A stretch of DNA of 64,000 nt from Candidatus Bathyarchaeia archaeon (GCA_050013255.1 JBEKFP010000003.1:64001-128000), one strand, 5' to 3'. Numbered from the stretch's first letter, positions 18,214-27,926 are shown. Notes: a model not told the origin generated them from the letters alone. A program made the numbers and translations.

Positions 18214-20883
18214 TTGAGGAGATACGGTTTGTACGTCTACTTGTTTGAAGAAGGCACCACGAGGCTCCGGAACCTCCTTGGCGGCAAGGGGGCAGATTTA
18301 GCGGAGATGACAGGCCTCGGCCTCCCTGTCCCCCCTGGCATGACCATAACAACCGAGGCATGCAACTACTACAATTCTCACGGGTCAAAGTTCCCAGATG
18401 GGCTTGAAGACGAAATCCGCGTGAAAATAAAAGCCCTCGAATCGAGAACTCAAAAAACCTTCGGAGACGCTGCAAATCCGCTGCTAGTTTCCGTTCGGTC
18501 CGGTGCACCAATCTCAATGCCGGGAATGATGGATACTGTACTCAACCTTGGCTTGAACGACAAAACAGTGAAAGGTGTCATCCGACAGACGAGCAACGAA
18601 CGATTTGCGTACGACGACTACAGACGTTTCGTTCAGATGTTCGGTAAAGTGGTGCTCGGGGTCAAGGGCGACGGCTTCGAGTTAATCATTCGGCAACACA
18701 AAGAAAAGTTGGGTGTGAAATCCGATGTTGAGGTCGATGCGACAACTTGGGCGTCACTGGTTCAAGAATTCAAAGGTCTCATCAAAAAAGAGACGGGACA
18801 GGACTATCCCGAGGATCCGTGGACTCAACTGCAGATGGCGGTTGCGGCGGTCTTCCGATCATGGAATGGTCAAAGGGCTGTCTTCTACCGCTTGACCAAC
18901 AAGATTCCTGAAACGCTAGGGACGGCCGTCAACGTTCAGACCATGGTCTTCGGAAACATGGGGGCTGATTCAGGGACCGGCGTTTGTTTTACGAGAAACC
19001 CTTCATCGGGGGAACCAAAGCTGTTTGGCGAGTTTCTCATGAACGCACAGGGCGAGGATGTGGTTGCCGGAATCAGAACGCCTAAGCCAATAGCCCAACT
19101 AGCCGATGAAATGCCCACTGTCTATAGCCAATTGCTTGACGTGTGCAAACTCCTCGAACGCCATTTCAGGGAAATGCAAGATATCGAATTCACAGTTGAA
19201 AGAGGAAAACTATTCATTCTTCAAACCCGCTCAGGGAAGCGAACCGCCCCCGCCGCCATTCGAATTGCTGTTGATATGGTCAAAGAAAGGCTGCTTACCA
19301 AGCAACAGGCACTGCTTCGGATTCTACCCTCGCACCTCGAACACATTGTGCACAAGCAGATTGATCCAGGATTCAACGCTAAACCAATAGCAACTGGTCT
19401 ACCCGCGTCGCCTGGGGCTGCAACTGGGAAAGTGATTTTCGATACTGACGAAGCTCACTCTTTGGGCTCCAGCGGGGAGGACGTCATACTCGTTAGGGAG
19501 GAGACCACGCCAGAGGACATCCACGGGATGGTTGCTGCTAAGGGCGTGCTCACGAGCAGGGGAGGGATGACCTCTCATGCGGCGGTCGTAGCCCGCGGGA
19601 TGGGAAAGCCCGCCGTTGTTGGTTGCGAACAGATAAGAATTGATCTGGCCACTGATTCTATGCAGACGCGCAAGGTTACGGTAAAGAAGAATGACATAAT
19701 CACAATCGATGGGACGACTGGTAATGTGCTGCTCGGTACTGTGCCCACAATTGAACCGAGGCTGAGTGCTGAAGCTCAGCAGTTGTTAAGCTGGGCAGAT
19801 GAGACTCGAAAACTCGGAGTCAGGGGGAACGCTGACACTCCAGAAGGGGCTGCGTTGGCCAGGGAGTTTGGGGCAGGCGGGATTGGCCTTTGCAGAACCG
19901 AACGAATGTTCAACGAACAGGACCGGCTTCCACTCGTCCAAGAGATGATACTCTCCACAACCGAAGAGGACCGTTTCCGCGCCTTAGAGAAGTTGAGGCC
20001 TCTACAGAAAGAGGATTTCAAACAAATACTCCGCAATATGCATGACCTACCGGTTACGATCCGATTACTGGACCTTCCACTCCACGAGTTTCTACCCAAA
20101 TACGAAGAATTGGCAGCCGAAGTTGCCTCGCTGAAGGCGACAGGCGGTGACGCGGAATTGCTGGATTCAAAGGAACGAATGCTCAGGAAAGTCATGACGT
20201 TGGCTGAACATAATCCCATGCTAGGCCATAGGGGCTGCAGACTAGCGATAAGCCACCCTGAAATTTACGAGATGCAAACTCGTGCAATCTTCGAAGCCGC
20301 GGGCGAATTGCAAAGCGAAGGAGTTAGAGTTCGAGTGGAAATCATGCTCCCCCTAGTTGGAGCCGCCAATGAGATTCGGTTCCTGCGCGAAAAGATAACC
20401 TCCGTGGCCTCTAAGGTAATGGAGGAGAAGCGCATCAGTATCGACTACAAGATCGGGACCATGATAGAAGTTCCTAGAGCTGCATTGACGGCGGACGAGA
20501 TAGCCCGCTATGCTGATTTCTTCTCCTTCGGGACAAACGATCTCACGCAGGCGACATTTGCATTCAGCAGGGATGATGCAGAAGCGAAGTTCTTCAAGGA
20601 CTATTTCGACAAGAAGATCCTGAACTTCAACCCATTCGAGGTTCTTGACAGAGAAGGCGTTGGTAGGTTAATGCGCCTGGCAGTGGAGGCGGGTAGGAAG
20701 AGCAATCCGCAGCTAAAGGTTGGCATTTGTGGTGAACACGGCGGGGAGCCAAGCTCAGTTGAATTCTGCCATCAACTGCACCTCGACTATGTTAGTTGTT
20801 CCCCCTACAGAGTCCCCGTTGCACGCCTCGTCGCAGCCCAAGCAGAAGCCAGGGAGAGAGTGATTTCAACCAGCGAAAACTGA
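18214..20883 (+). CDS. ppdK: Pyruvate, phosphate dikinase
   Basis: PLLVSVRSGA..SMPGMMDT, GGMTSHAAVVARGMG, GLCRTE, SFGTNDLTQ, GICGEHGG. Confidence 0.96.
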   Translation: MRRYGLYVYLFEEGTTRLRNLLGGKGADLAEMTGLGLPVPPGMTITTEACNYYNSHGSKFPDGLEDEIRVKIKALESRTQKTFGDAANPLLVSVRSGAPISMPGMMDTVLNLGLNDKTVKGVIRQTSNERFAYDDYRRFVQMFGKVVLGVKGDGFELIIRQHKEKLGVKSDVEVDATTWASLVQEFKGLIKKETGQDYPEDPWTQLQMAVAAVFRSWNGQRAVFYRLTNKIPETLGTAVNVQTMVFGNMGADSGTGVCFTRNPSSGEPKLFGEFLMNAQGEDVVAGIRTPKPIAQLADEMPTVYSQLLDVCKLLERHFREMQDIEFTVERGKLFILQTRSGKRTAPAAIRIAVDMVKERLLTKQQALLRILPSHLEHIVHKQIDPGFNAKPIATGLPASPGAATGKVIFDTDEAHSLGSSGEDVILVREETTPEDIHGMVAAKGVLTSRGGMTSHAAVVARGMGKPAVVGCEQIRIDLATDSMQTRKVTVKKNDIITIDGTTGNVLLGTVPTIEPRLSAEAQQLLSWADETRKLGVRGNADTPEGAALAREFGAGGIGLCRTERMFNEQDRLPLVQEMILSTTEEDRFRALEKLRPLQKEDFKQILRNMHDLPVTIRLLDLPLHEFLPKYEELAAEVASLKATGGDAELLDSKERMLRKVMTLAEHNPMLGHRGCRLAISHPEIYEMQTRAIFEAAGELQSEGVRVRVEIMLPLVGAANEIRFLREKITSVASKVMEEKRISIDYKIGTMIEVPRAALTADEIARYADFFSFGTNDLTQATFAFSRDDAEAKFFKDYFDKKILNFNPFEVLDREGVGRLMRLAVEAGRKSNPQLKVGICGEHGGEPSSVEFCHQLHLDYVSCSPYRVPVARLVAAQAEARERVISTSEN

Positions 20884-20950
20884 TTACGGCCATCAAAAGC
20901 GATCTGTTCAATATCACAACAGCATAAGTTGCGATTTCAGGTAGAAATCG

Positions 20951-22672
20951 TTGTCTGAGACCCGACCAACCGTCATGGGTACACGTGGTGCCATTACTAC
21001 CTCAAACTACATGGCTACATCGGCCGGATTCGAAATCCTTCTAGCCGGGGGAAACGCAATCGACGCTTCCATTGCTGCAGGATTGGCGCTGCATGTCGTC
21101 GAACCACATATGAATGGGATCGGCGGCGAAACCCCAATACTTCTGTACTCTGCTAGAAAGCGTAGAATCTTTGCCATATCAGGGCAAGGGCCTGCCCCAA
21201 AGGCTGCGACTCTCGAATTCTTCCAAGGAAACGGAATCAGGTTAATCCCAGGGGACGGGCTTCTTCCCGCAACGGTCCCCGCGTCCTTCGACGCTTGGAT
21301 TACTTGCCTAAGGTTTTTTGGAACGATGACTCTCGGGGAAGTAATTGCCCCCGCCATTAGACTGGCCGAGGAAGGTTTTCCGGTGTATGCCGCGCTTCAT
21401 CAGAATGTGACGCGACACGCCAAGCGTTTTCTCAGCGAATGGCCTACAACTGCAAGAATCTATCTTCCGCGCGGCAGAGCCCCTCGAATTGGCGAGGTTC
21501 TGAGACAAAAAGAACTGGCAAAGACTCTTCGCAACCTAGCGGAGGCGGAGCGGCGCGCTGGGAAGGACAGAGAGAAGGGGCTCGAAGCAGCGAAACGCTG
21601 TTTCTACGAAGGGCCCATCGCGCGAAAGATAGCGCAGTTCGCGGCAAAACGATCATTCAAGGATGCAACCGGAAAGTATCACAACGGGTTAATCACCCTG
21701 GAAGATCTTGCCGACTACAAGACGAGACTAGAGAAAACTGTGAACATAGTCTACAAGGGCGTAACCGTGCATAAGTGTGGACCCTGGAGCCAAGGACCTG
21801 TTCTCCTCCAACAGTTACGCTTGCTCGAAGGCTATGATCTAAGAAGGCTTCGACACAACTCAGCCGATTATATTCATCTAATCACGGAAGCGTCTAAGCT
21901 TGCTTTCGCGGATCGGGAGGCTTTCTACGGTGACCCGCTCTACACCGACGTCCCTCTCACAAGACTGCTTTCGCGTGGCTATTCTAGGAAGAGGAAGGAG
22001 CTCATCGACATGAGAAAGGCGTCACTAACGCTCCGGCCAGGCAGCGAATCTCACATCCCCGTTGCAGAGGGTACTACGTTCTATGCCGGTGACACAACCC
22101 ACCTTGATGCCGTCGACTCAGATGGTAACATGGTTTCTGCAACTCCTAGCGGGGGGTGGATTTGGGGTTCTCCAGTGATCGAGGGTCTGGGGTTCCCGCT
22201 TGGAACGCGAGGCCAAATGTTCTCATTGGACGCCGCTCACCCGAATTGTATCGCGCCAGGGAAACGCCCGCGAACAACGTTAACTCCAAGCCTCATCACT
22301 TCGAAAAGGCGACCTGTTCTGGCCTTTGGGACGCCTGGCGGGGACCAACAAGACCAGTGGGCACTTCAATTCTTTCTCAATTTCGTGGAGTTCGGCATGG
22401 GTCTCCAGGGAGCCATTGATGCCCCATCATTCCATAATCAGCATTTTCCAAGCTCCTTCTATCCCAGAAAGGCAGAACTTGGCAGCCTGTACTTGGAAGG
22501 GCGAATACCCACAGGGATCGTGAACGAATTGAGGAGCCGAGGTCATAACGTGATTGTCCAAGGTGATTGGGTGAACGGCCGTATGACAGCAGTACATTAT
22601 GATTGGGAGAATCATGTGGTGAGCGCTGCGGCCTCGTCGCGATATCAGACGGCCTACGCATTAGCACACTAA
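20951..22672 (+). CDS. ggt: Gamma-glutamyltransferase family protein
   Basis: GGNA.DA, GIGG, DTTH (nucleophile Thr), PGKRPRTTLTP, GTPGGDQQ. Confidence 0.88.
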   Translation: MSETRPTVMGTRGAITTSNYMATSAGFEILLAGGNAIDASIAAGLALHVVEPHMNGIGGETPILLYSARKRRIFAISGQGPAPKAATLEFFQGNGIRLIPGDGLLPATVPASFDAWITCLRFFGTMTLGEVIAPAIRLAEEGFPVYAALHQNVTRHAKRFLSEWPTTARIYLPRGRAPRIGEVLRQKELAKTLRNLAEAERRAGKDREKGLEAAKRCFYEGPIARKIAQFAAKRSFKDATGKYHNGLITLEDLADYKTRLEKTVNIVYKGVTVHKCGPWSQGPVLLQQLRLLEGYDLRRLRHNSADYIHLITEASKLAFADREAFYGDPLYTDVPLTRLLSRGYSRKRKELIDMRKASLTLRPGSESHIPVAEGTTFYAGDTTHLDAVDSDGNMVSATPSGGWIWGSPVIEGLGFPLGTRGQMFSLDAAHPNCIAPGKRPRTTLTPSLITSKRRPVLAFGTPGGDQQDQWALQFFLNFVEFGMGLQGAIDAPSFHNQHFPSSFYPRKAELGSLYLEGRIPTGIVNELRSRGHNVIVQGDWVNGRMTAVHYDWENHVVSAAASSRYQTAYALAH

Positions 22673-22740
22673 CACGAATGACTCTCGACGCGGCATGGAA
22701 AGACAAGAGCACGCGGGTTAGATACCGACTACAGTCGTAG

Positions 22741-22780
22741 TGGTGCGCCGGGAGAGATTTGAACTCTCGACCGCCTTTCG
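22741..22780 (-). other. Orphan tRNA 3' half (variable loop, T-arm, acceptor 3' strand, CCA)
   Basis: Minus strand CGAAAGGCGGTC GAGAG TTCAAAT CTCTC CCGGCGC A CCA; no GCGCCGG 5' half upstream. Confidence 0.75.
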
Positions 22781-22878
22781 CTGCCAATGACCGAGTCTCA
22801 CATGACCTTCAACCAGAATCCATGATTGGACCTTTATCGGCGGAGAGAGGCTTGGACACTGCAGGCAATGAATCGTGG

Positions 22879-23823
22879 GTGGGACTTCTAACGGACAGCT
22901 CAAATTACCCAGTGGTTGAGGCGAAAGGCCTACAGAAAAGCTTCGACGGAGTCGAAGCGGTTCGGGGCATTAGCTTTGCAGTCCCTAAAGGCGAATGCTT
23001 TGGTTTCCTCGGCCCCAACGGGGCAGGGAAAACGACGACTATGAGGATTATAGGATGCGTTTCGCCATCAACCGCTGGTTCGTTTCACGTCTTCGGTTTG
23101 GATCCGAGTCGATCTCTAAGGGAAATCAAGAGACGGATTGGAGTCGTACCTCAGGAATCAAATTTAGACGAGGCATTGCCGGTTGAGGAGAACCTGACTG
23201 TCTACGCTCGATTCTTCAACGTGCCGTCACAATTAGCCAATCGACGGGCTAAGGAGCTGCTCAGCTTCATGGAGTTGACGGAGAAGAGGAATGCAAAGGT
23301 CGCCGACCTATCGGGAGGCATGAAGAGACGACTACTCATTTCTAGGGCACTAATGAGCGACCCTGAATTGTTGATTCTTGATGAGCCGACAACCGGGCTC
23401 GACCCCCAGGCGCGGCATCTCGTCTGGGACAAATTATTTGAGTTAAAAGGGCGTGGGGTCACGCAGATAATCACGACACACTACATGGACGAAGCTCAAC
23501 AGCTGTGTGATAGGATCGTTATCATGGATCGAGGGTTGATAATGGAAGAGGGCAGGCCGAACGAACTGGTGGAGAAGCACATTGGCCGAGAAGTCCTCGA
23601 GATGAGATTGCCTGAGAAGCTCATTTCTGAAATACCGAAGGATGATCCTTTGATTCGAGGGTTTGATACCGCCAAGGATCTATTGATCCTATATTCGAAC
23701 AAAGCTGATGCGCTATTAGACAAGATTCAGGCGATGGGTGTCAAAGCAGATTACGCGATTGTCCGGAGAAGCACATTAGAAGATGTTTTTCTAAAGCTAA
23801 CAGGTAGGCGTTTGACCGAATGA
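22879..23823 (+). CDS. ABC transporter ATP-binding protein (NodI/DrrA-like)
   Basis: GPNGAGKTT, LSGGMKRRL, LILDEPTTGLDPQ; probable GTG start at 22879. Confidence 0.92.
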   Translation: MGLLTDSSNYPVVEAKGLQKSFDGVEAVRGISFAVPKGECFGFLGPNGAGKTTTMRIIGCVSPSTAGSFHVFGLDPSRSLREIKRRIGVVPQESNLDEALPVEENLTVYARFFNVPSQLANRRAKELLSFMELTEKRNAKVADLSGGMKRRLLISRALMSDPELLILDEPTTGLDPQARHLVWDKLFELKGRGVTQIITTHYMDEAQQLCDRIVIMDRGLIMEEGRPNELVEKHIGREVLEMRLPEKLISEIPKDDPLIRGFDTAKDLLILYSNKADALLDKIQAMGVKADYAIVRRSTLEDVFLKLTGRRLTE

Positions 23824-24602
23824 ACCCATTCAAGCCCGTGAGGTTCTCGCCACGTCAGGCGTTTAGGGTCTGGCAGCGGGAGGTCAGCGTCTACAGACAT
23901 GTCTACAAGTCGACTATAATTTCGAATCTTATGGATCCGTTGGTGTATCTGCTCGCCTTAGGTTTTGGCTTGGGTGCGTACGTTACGCGAATTGAGGGGT
24001 TGTCCTACATTCAGTTCATTGCGCCTGGGCTAATTGCTTCATCGATAATGACGGCTGCGTCGTTCGAGACAACCATAAACACGTTCGTTCGAATCAATTT
24101 CGACAAAGTGTATGAAGCCATGATGGCGACCCCCGTAACTGTGGAAGACATCGTCGTGGGCGAATTGTTTTGGGCCACAACGAGGAGCACAATTTACGCA
24201 ACCGTGATGCTTGTTGTTGTCGTCGCCCTCGGGCTCGTGCATTCTTGGTTTGCGATATTCGTGCCTTTCATGGGCGTACTAGGAGGTTTAATGTTCGCAG
24301 TTATCGGCTTAACCTATACTTCATTCTTGAAGAGCATATATCACGTGAACTACTTCTTCACCCTCTTTGTCACCCCGCTCTTCCTTTTCTCGGGAGTTTT
24401 CTATCCGTTGGATCCGCTACCGCAAATTGTGAAGGACATAGCATTCTTCAGTCCACTGTACCACCTTGTTAGCGTAGTTCGACCGTTGGTTCTCGGAAAT
24501 GTCGGTATGCCCGTCCTGTTTGATCTCGCTTGGATTCTTGTGTTCCTCGCAATATTCACAGCAGTCCCAGTGAATTTGCTCCGAAGAAAACTAGTCAAGT
24601 AA
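23820..24602 (+). CDS. ABC-2 type permease (NodJ-like)
   Basis: SYIQFIAPGL, TPV...DIVVGE, FLFSGVFYP; ATGA overlap with the ATPase. Confidence 0.9.
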   Translation: MNPFKPVRFSPRQAFRVWQREVSVYRHVYKSTIISNLMDPLVYLLALGFGLGAYVTRIEGLSYIQFIAPGLIASSIMTAASFETTINTFVRINFDKVYEAMMATPVTVEDIVVGELFWATTRSTIYATVMLVVVVALGLVHSWFAIFVPFMGVLGGLMFAVIGLTYTSFLKSIYHVNYFFTLFVTPLFLFSGVFYPLDPLPQIVKDIAFFSPLYHLVSVVRPLVLGNVGMPVLFDLAWILVFLAIFTAVPVNLLRRKLVK

Positions 24603-24607
24603 CTTAG

Positions 24608-24703
24608 TGGGCCGGGCCGGACTTGAACCGGCGACCATCTGCGCTCGGAACATTTGGTGGTGTTTGTCAGGCAGATATCCTAACCAGGCTAGACGACCGG
24701 CCC
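24608..24703 (-). tRNA. tRNA-Val(GAC) with 21-nt canonical 37/38 intron (24644-24664), CCA not encoded
   Basis: GGGCCGGTCGTCTAGCCTGGTTAGGATATCTGCCT-GAC-A[AACACCACCAAATGTTCCGAG]CGCAGATGGTCGCCGGTTCAAGTCCGGCCCGGCCCA; all stems pair. Confidence 0.93.
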
Positions 24704-24852
24704 AAAGTGGCGCTGAATGAAGGACGCAGAGAAATAAAGACTACCCAATAGGTTGCAATGGTTCCGAGAATCCGGTGAGCCTAAGGTTAACTCGAAGCGC
24801 CCTTAGGGTGCCTTCGTTAAGAAATCGAAAGGTCTTTTTGTGAAGAAGAGAA

Positions 24853-25227
24853 TTGTGGAAGGAGCTGGTAAGGTTGCCTAGACTTTACGACCAGATAATG
24901 CGTTTTGATAAACAGGTCCGCTTCGCCGCCATCGTAGATGGCCACGGCCGAATCTTGGAAGGGGGCATGCGTGAGGGCGTTCAGCCAATCGAACCCCTCG
25001 AAAAGACACCACACCTAATTGCGATGTTGGTCTCATTTCAGAAAGCTGAAGACCTGGCAGATTTCTTCGGCAGACCCGAGTATTCAATCCTGGTTCATGA
25101 GAAAATAATGGCCCTGCTCTTTCGTTCGGAGAAGAAGTTCGTGCTTGTCACGGCGGACAGGAAATTCGGCGTGAACAAGATTGCAAAGTTACGGAACTTG
25201 ATTGTGAAAAAGCGCCAAAAGCGCTGA
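24853..25227 (+). CDS. Profilin/roadblock-like protein (DUF6659-like)
   Basis: D..VRFAAIVD..GRILEGGMREGV.P pattern typical of this TACK family. Confidence 0.6.
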   Translation: MWKELVRLPRLYDQIMRFDKQVRFAAIVDGHGRILEGGMREGVQPIEPLEKTPHLIAMLVSFQKAEDLADFFGRPEYSILVHEKIMALLFRSEKKFVLVTADRKFGVNKIAKLRNLIVKKRQKR

Positions 25228-25244
25228 ACATGTCCAGGATGCTG

Positions 25245-26438
25245 TCAGCTCGCTTGGTCACTCGAAGCGGCGACTGTTAAGGGCAGAGCTGTTTGTGATT
25301 CCGCTGGCTCCTGAACTGTGGTCGGCCGACCCCTATCAAAGATCCCACGAAGCCATTGTTTCACGTATGTTGATGGTAACTCCCAGAGCATGACCCTCTT
25401 GCTGTGCCGCATCGAATCATACATGAAACAGATGTGTGTGCAAAAACATTGATCAAGCTCAACCTGACGCACTTCCATCTTCCTTTCCAGTGAACCCCAA
25501 AACTCCTTGAAATTCATACCATAACGTCTTAGGTTTCCGATGGGTTTGCGGAGTTCGCAGACCCTTACATCCCCATTGTAATCAATAACGACTGAGGTTT
25601 GACCTGCTGTGCAGGGCATCTTCCACTTTGCGCGCTCAACATAATTCCGGTACTGTGTCTCATAGCTGAAAGCGTATCCCGCCTTCCAATACGCCCTCAT
25701 CAAGGGCTCCAGCAATGATTTCTTCCGCGAGGGTTTCGAGAGGTATCGGAAATTAATCGGTAATACTTCTCGATAGATGCGCCCGAGCTTCTGTGGTTCT
25801 ACGGCTTGAAGTGCTGGGTCTTTTGGGTCTCCGCGTATGACTTGGAAGTAGTGCCCATCGAGGTCGGCTTTCTCCTGGAAAAAGCGCCCCATCATTGTGA
25901 TTTCGTTTTGATTTTCCTGTGTTATGACTGAATTTATGTAGAGTGTGAAGTTGGGCCAATCGGCTCGCAGAGCTTGAAGTTCAGCGATTGTGGCGAGGGC
26001 TTTCTCAAAGTTGCCTGCGACTCCCCTAATCTTGTCATGCGTCTCGCCGAGACCATCTATCGAAACGTCGATTTCAAGGTGAAGTTCGGGGCATGTATGT
26101 AGAACTTCTTTCACGACCTGAACAGTTTGAGCGGCGGGGATCCCATTGGTCGGGATGCGTACGTCGCGAATTTTGTTGTTCCGGTAGAATAGTTGTATTA
26201 TTGCCGCAAGGTCCTTTCTAAGGAAAGGTTCACCGCCGGATACCCAAAGGTCGTGAAATTCAGGCATGGTTGATGATAGTTTGGTTAATTCTTCAAATGT
26301 GAGGTCGCCCTTGCGGTTTAGTTCAAGCCAGTAGAAGCATGTTCGGCATCTGGCGTTGCAGATTGAGGTTACAAAGAGGATGACTAGGTCAAGCTGTTTT
26401 ACGAAGAGGGGTTTTGCGAAAGCTTCACGGTGAGGCAA
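25245..26438 (-). CDS. Radical SAM protein with SPASM/twitch-type C-terminus
   Basis: CNARCRTC, SGGEPFLR, SIDG, CTAG...GDVRVCE, CFCTHIC. Confidence 0.88.
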   Translation of the reverse strand: MPHREAFAKPLFVKQLDLVILFVTSICNARCRTCFYWLELNRKGDLTFEELTKLSSTMPEFHDLWVSGGEPFLRKDLAAIIQLFYRNNKIRDVRIPTNGIPAAQTVQVVKEVLHTCPELHLEIDVSIDGLGETHDKIRGVAGNFEKALATIAELQALRADWPNFTLYINSVITQENQNEITMMGRFFQEKADLDGHYFQVIRGDPKDPALQAVEPQKLGRIYREVLPINFRYLSKPSRKKSLLEPLMRAYWKAGYAFSYETQYRNYVERAKWKMPCTAGQTSVVIDYNGDVRVCELRKPIGNLRRYGMNFKEFWGSLERKMEVRQVELDQCFCTHICFMYDSMRHSKRVMLWELPSTYVKQWLRGIFDRGRPTTVQEPAESQTALPLTVAASSDQAS

Positions 26439-27633
26439 GCGGGTTCATTTCCGTCAGCTTGTAAATTCGACCGCGCCATTCGATTTCACGGGTCCGGGTC
26501 GAATTAATTATGCAGTATGTCATAACCCAAGGAACAATAAGGCTTGCGATTGCTTCCTTAAATTTCGCTCTCCGGAATTCTTCTTTGAATTGGGGCATGG
26601 CTCGACTGAAGGTCGAGTTGCGCTGGATGCTTCGCAATATGCCTAGGAGGGATGGCGTGAAAAGCAAGGCTGATGGCACCAACCACAATGGGGCCACCGT
26701 CACCCCACATACCAAGCTAATGAGGCCCAGCAGAAACACGAAATCGAAGAATGCGTAAGCTCCCGCCGCATAATTCCAGAGGCCACGGTTGTAGACTTTA
26801 GTTAGGGCAGTTTGACGGGTCGCCCATCTAAGAAATTTGTGCCGGTCAGTTTGATTGAAAGTGGCGACGGTGCATTGGGGAAGAAATGTTGTTCGGTAAC
26901 CATGTTTTCTTAATGCGGCGTTCAGGGCCAAATCGTCGCTAATCGCAGTAGGCCATAGCCGCCGAATGCCAATTTTATCAAGGGTTTCCGCCCTTACCGC
27001 CATCGCTCCACCCCAAGGGAAATTGTACCGGTCGTTGAAGAGCAGGTTCGTTCCGGAAGCGTTCCACGCAGACTCTGCGTAGGACCAAAATCCGCCCCGA
27101 GAAGGGAAGAGCCAACGGAAGCCAGTCGTAGCTCCCACGGACCCATCCTTGAGTGGATCAACTAGATTTCCAAGCCAAGTGGGCGTTACTCGTGCATCGC
27201 TGTCTACGATGGCGTAGACCTGCGCTTGTCCCCTATCTCGCGCCAAAGCGGTTAGGAGCGCTGCAACCTTCCCGCTAGCGGAGGCCGCGGGATCTGAAGT
27301 GTAAATCTGAGAATTTTCTTCCGAGCAGCGTGACAATACAGACTTGGCCACGGTGTAAGCTGGGTCTTCAGTTGAATCAACAACAATGGCGGTGTGGTAG
27401 TTATCGTACTTTTGATGCAACACGGCGGCCAGGTTTCCTTCCAGACCTGGTTCTTCTCCTTTACACGCCATGATTAGGCAGACTCGGGGGCGAAAACCTA
27501 GCTGCGGCCTCGCAAGCGCTTCTGAAGCTTTACGGTCAAATTCCAAACCCAAGTACAAAGAGTACAAAGAGGCTGCGACGGCAAGAAAACCAACTATGAG
27601 GAGGGAAACGTAAAGGGTCTCTCCGGGGAACAG
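26425..27633 (-). CDS. Membrane glycosyltransferase GT2 (ceramide glucosyltransferase/HpnI-like)
   Basis: CKG, VDSD, WGGAMA, SDD, RQ; the N-terminal TM appears only with a CTG start at 27633. Confidence 0.82.
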   Translation of the reverse strand: MFPGETLYVSLLIVGFLAVAASLYSLYLGLEFDRKASEALARPQLGFRPRVCLIMACKGEEPGLEGNLAAVLHQKYDNYHTAIVVDSTEDPAYTVAKSVLSRCSEENSQIYTSDPAASASGKVAALLTALARDRGQAQVYAIVDSDARVTPTWLGNLVDPLKDGSVGATTGFRWLFPSRGGFWSYAESAWNASGTNLLFNDRYNFPWGGAMAVRAETLDKIGIRRLWPTAISDDLALNAALRKHGYRTTFLPQCTVATFNQTDRHKFLRWATRQTALTKVYNRGLWNYAAGAYAFFDFVFLLGLISLVCGVTVAPLWLVPSALLFTPSLLGILRSIQRNSTFSRAMPQFKEEFRRAKFKEAIASLIVPWVMTYCIINSTRTREIEWRGRIYKLTEMNPLASP

Positions 27634-27673
27634 AGGATATCCTCACTAGAAGCAGGATGCAGGATATATGTAA

Positions 27674-27868
27674 CTAAGCTTCGATAACTTCGCATCTAAT
27701 CTGTTTCAGCAACACGGCTGCTTGTTCCGGATCGATCTTGATTGTGTACAGTTGACTTGCAGTCCTAAGCTTCAGTTTTACGATATCCTTCAGCCGTTTC
27801 ACGCGGCATTCTGTGGCCCGCTCTGAAATCTTCAGGAATTGTTCGGTGTCGGAAATCTCAGTCGGCAT
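27674..27868 (-). CDS. rpl38e: 50S ribosomal protein L38e (eL38)
   Basis: MP.EI.D.E.FL...ERA.ECRVKR...VKLKLRT...LYT. Confidence 0.85.
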   Translation of the reverse strand: MPTEISDTEQFLKISERATECRVKRLKDIVKLKLRTASQLYTIKIDPEQAAVLLKQIRCEVIEA

Positions 27869-27926
27869 TCTAGCTCGGCTCTCTAATCGCTAAGAAAGGT
27901 TGGGAGAATATAAACCTGAACAGAAT

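Noticed and set aside
22759-22878. N-terminal extension of the ABC ATPase
   Set aside because: Overlaps the tRNA half and a TATA-like element; ABC homology starts after GTG 22879.
24644-24664. tRNA-Val(GAC) as a pseudogene because of a U-C mismatch in the BHB central helix
   Set aside because: All mature stems are intact; a single mismatch is compatible with relaxed splicing.
22741-24703. nodIJ-like genes as an island integrated in tRNA-Val(GAC)
   Set aside because: The flanking tRNA 3' half differs from tRNA-Val(GAC) in T-stem and acceptor sequence, so it is not a direct repeat; no integrase present.
25245-26438. Calditol synthase, GDGT ring synthase or HpnJ assignment
   Set aside because: No N-terminal cobalamin-binding domain; the CxxxCxxC motif lies near the N-terminus.
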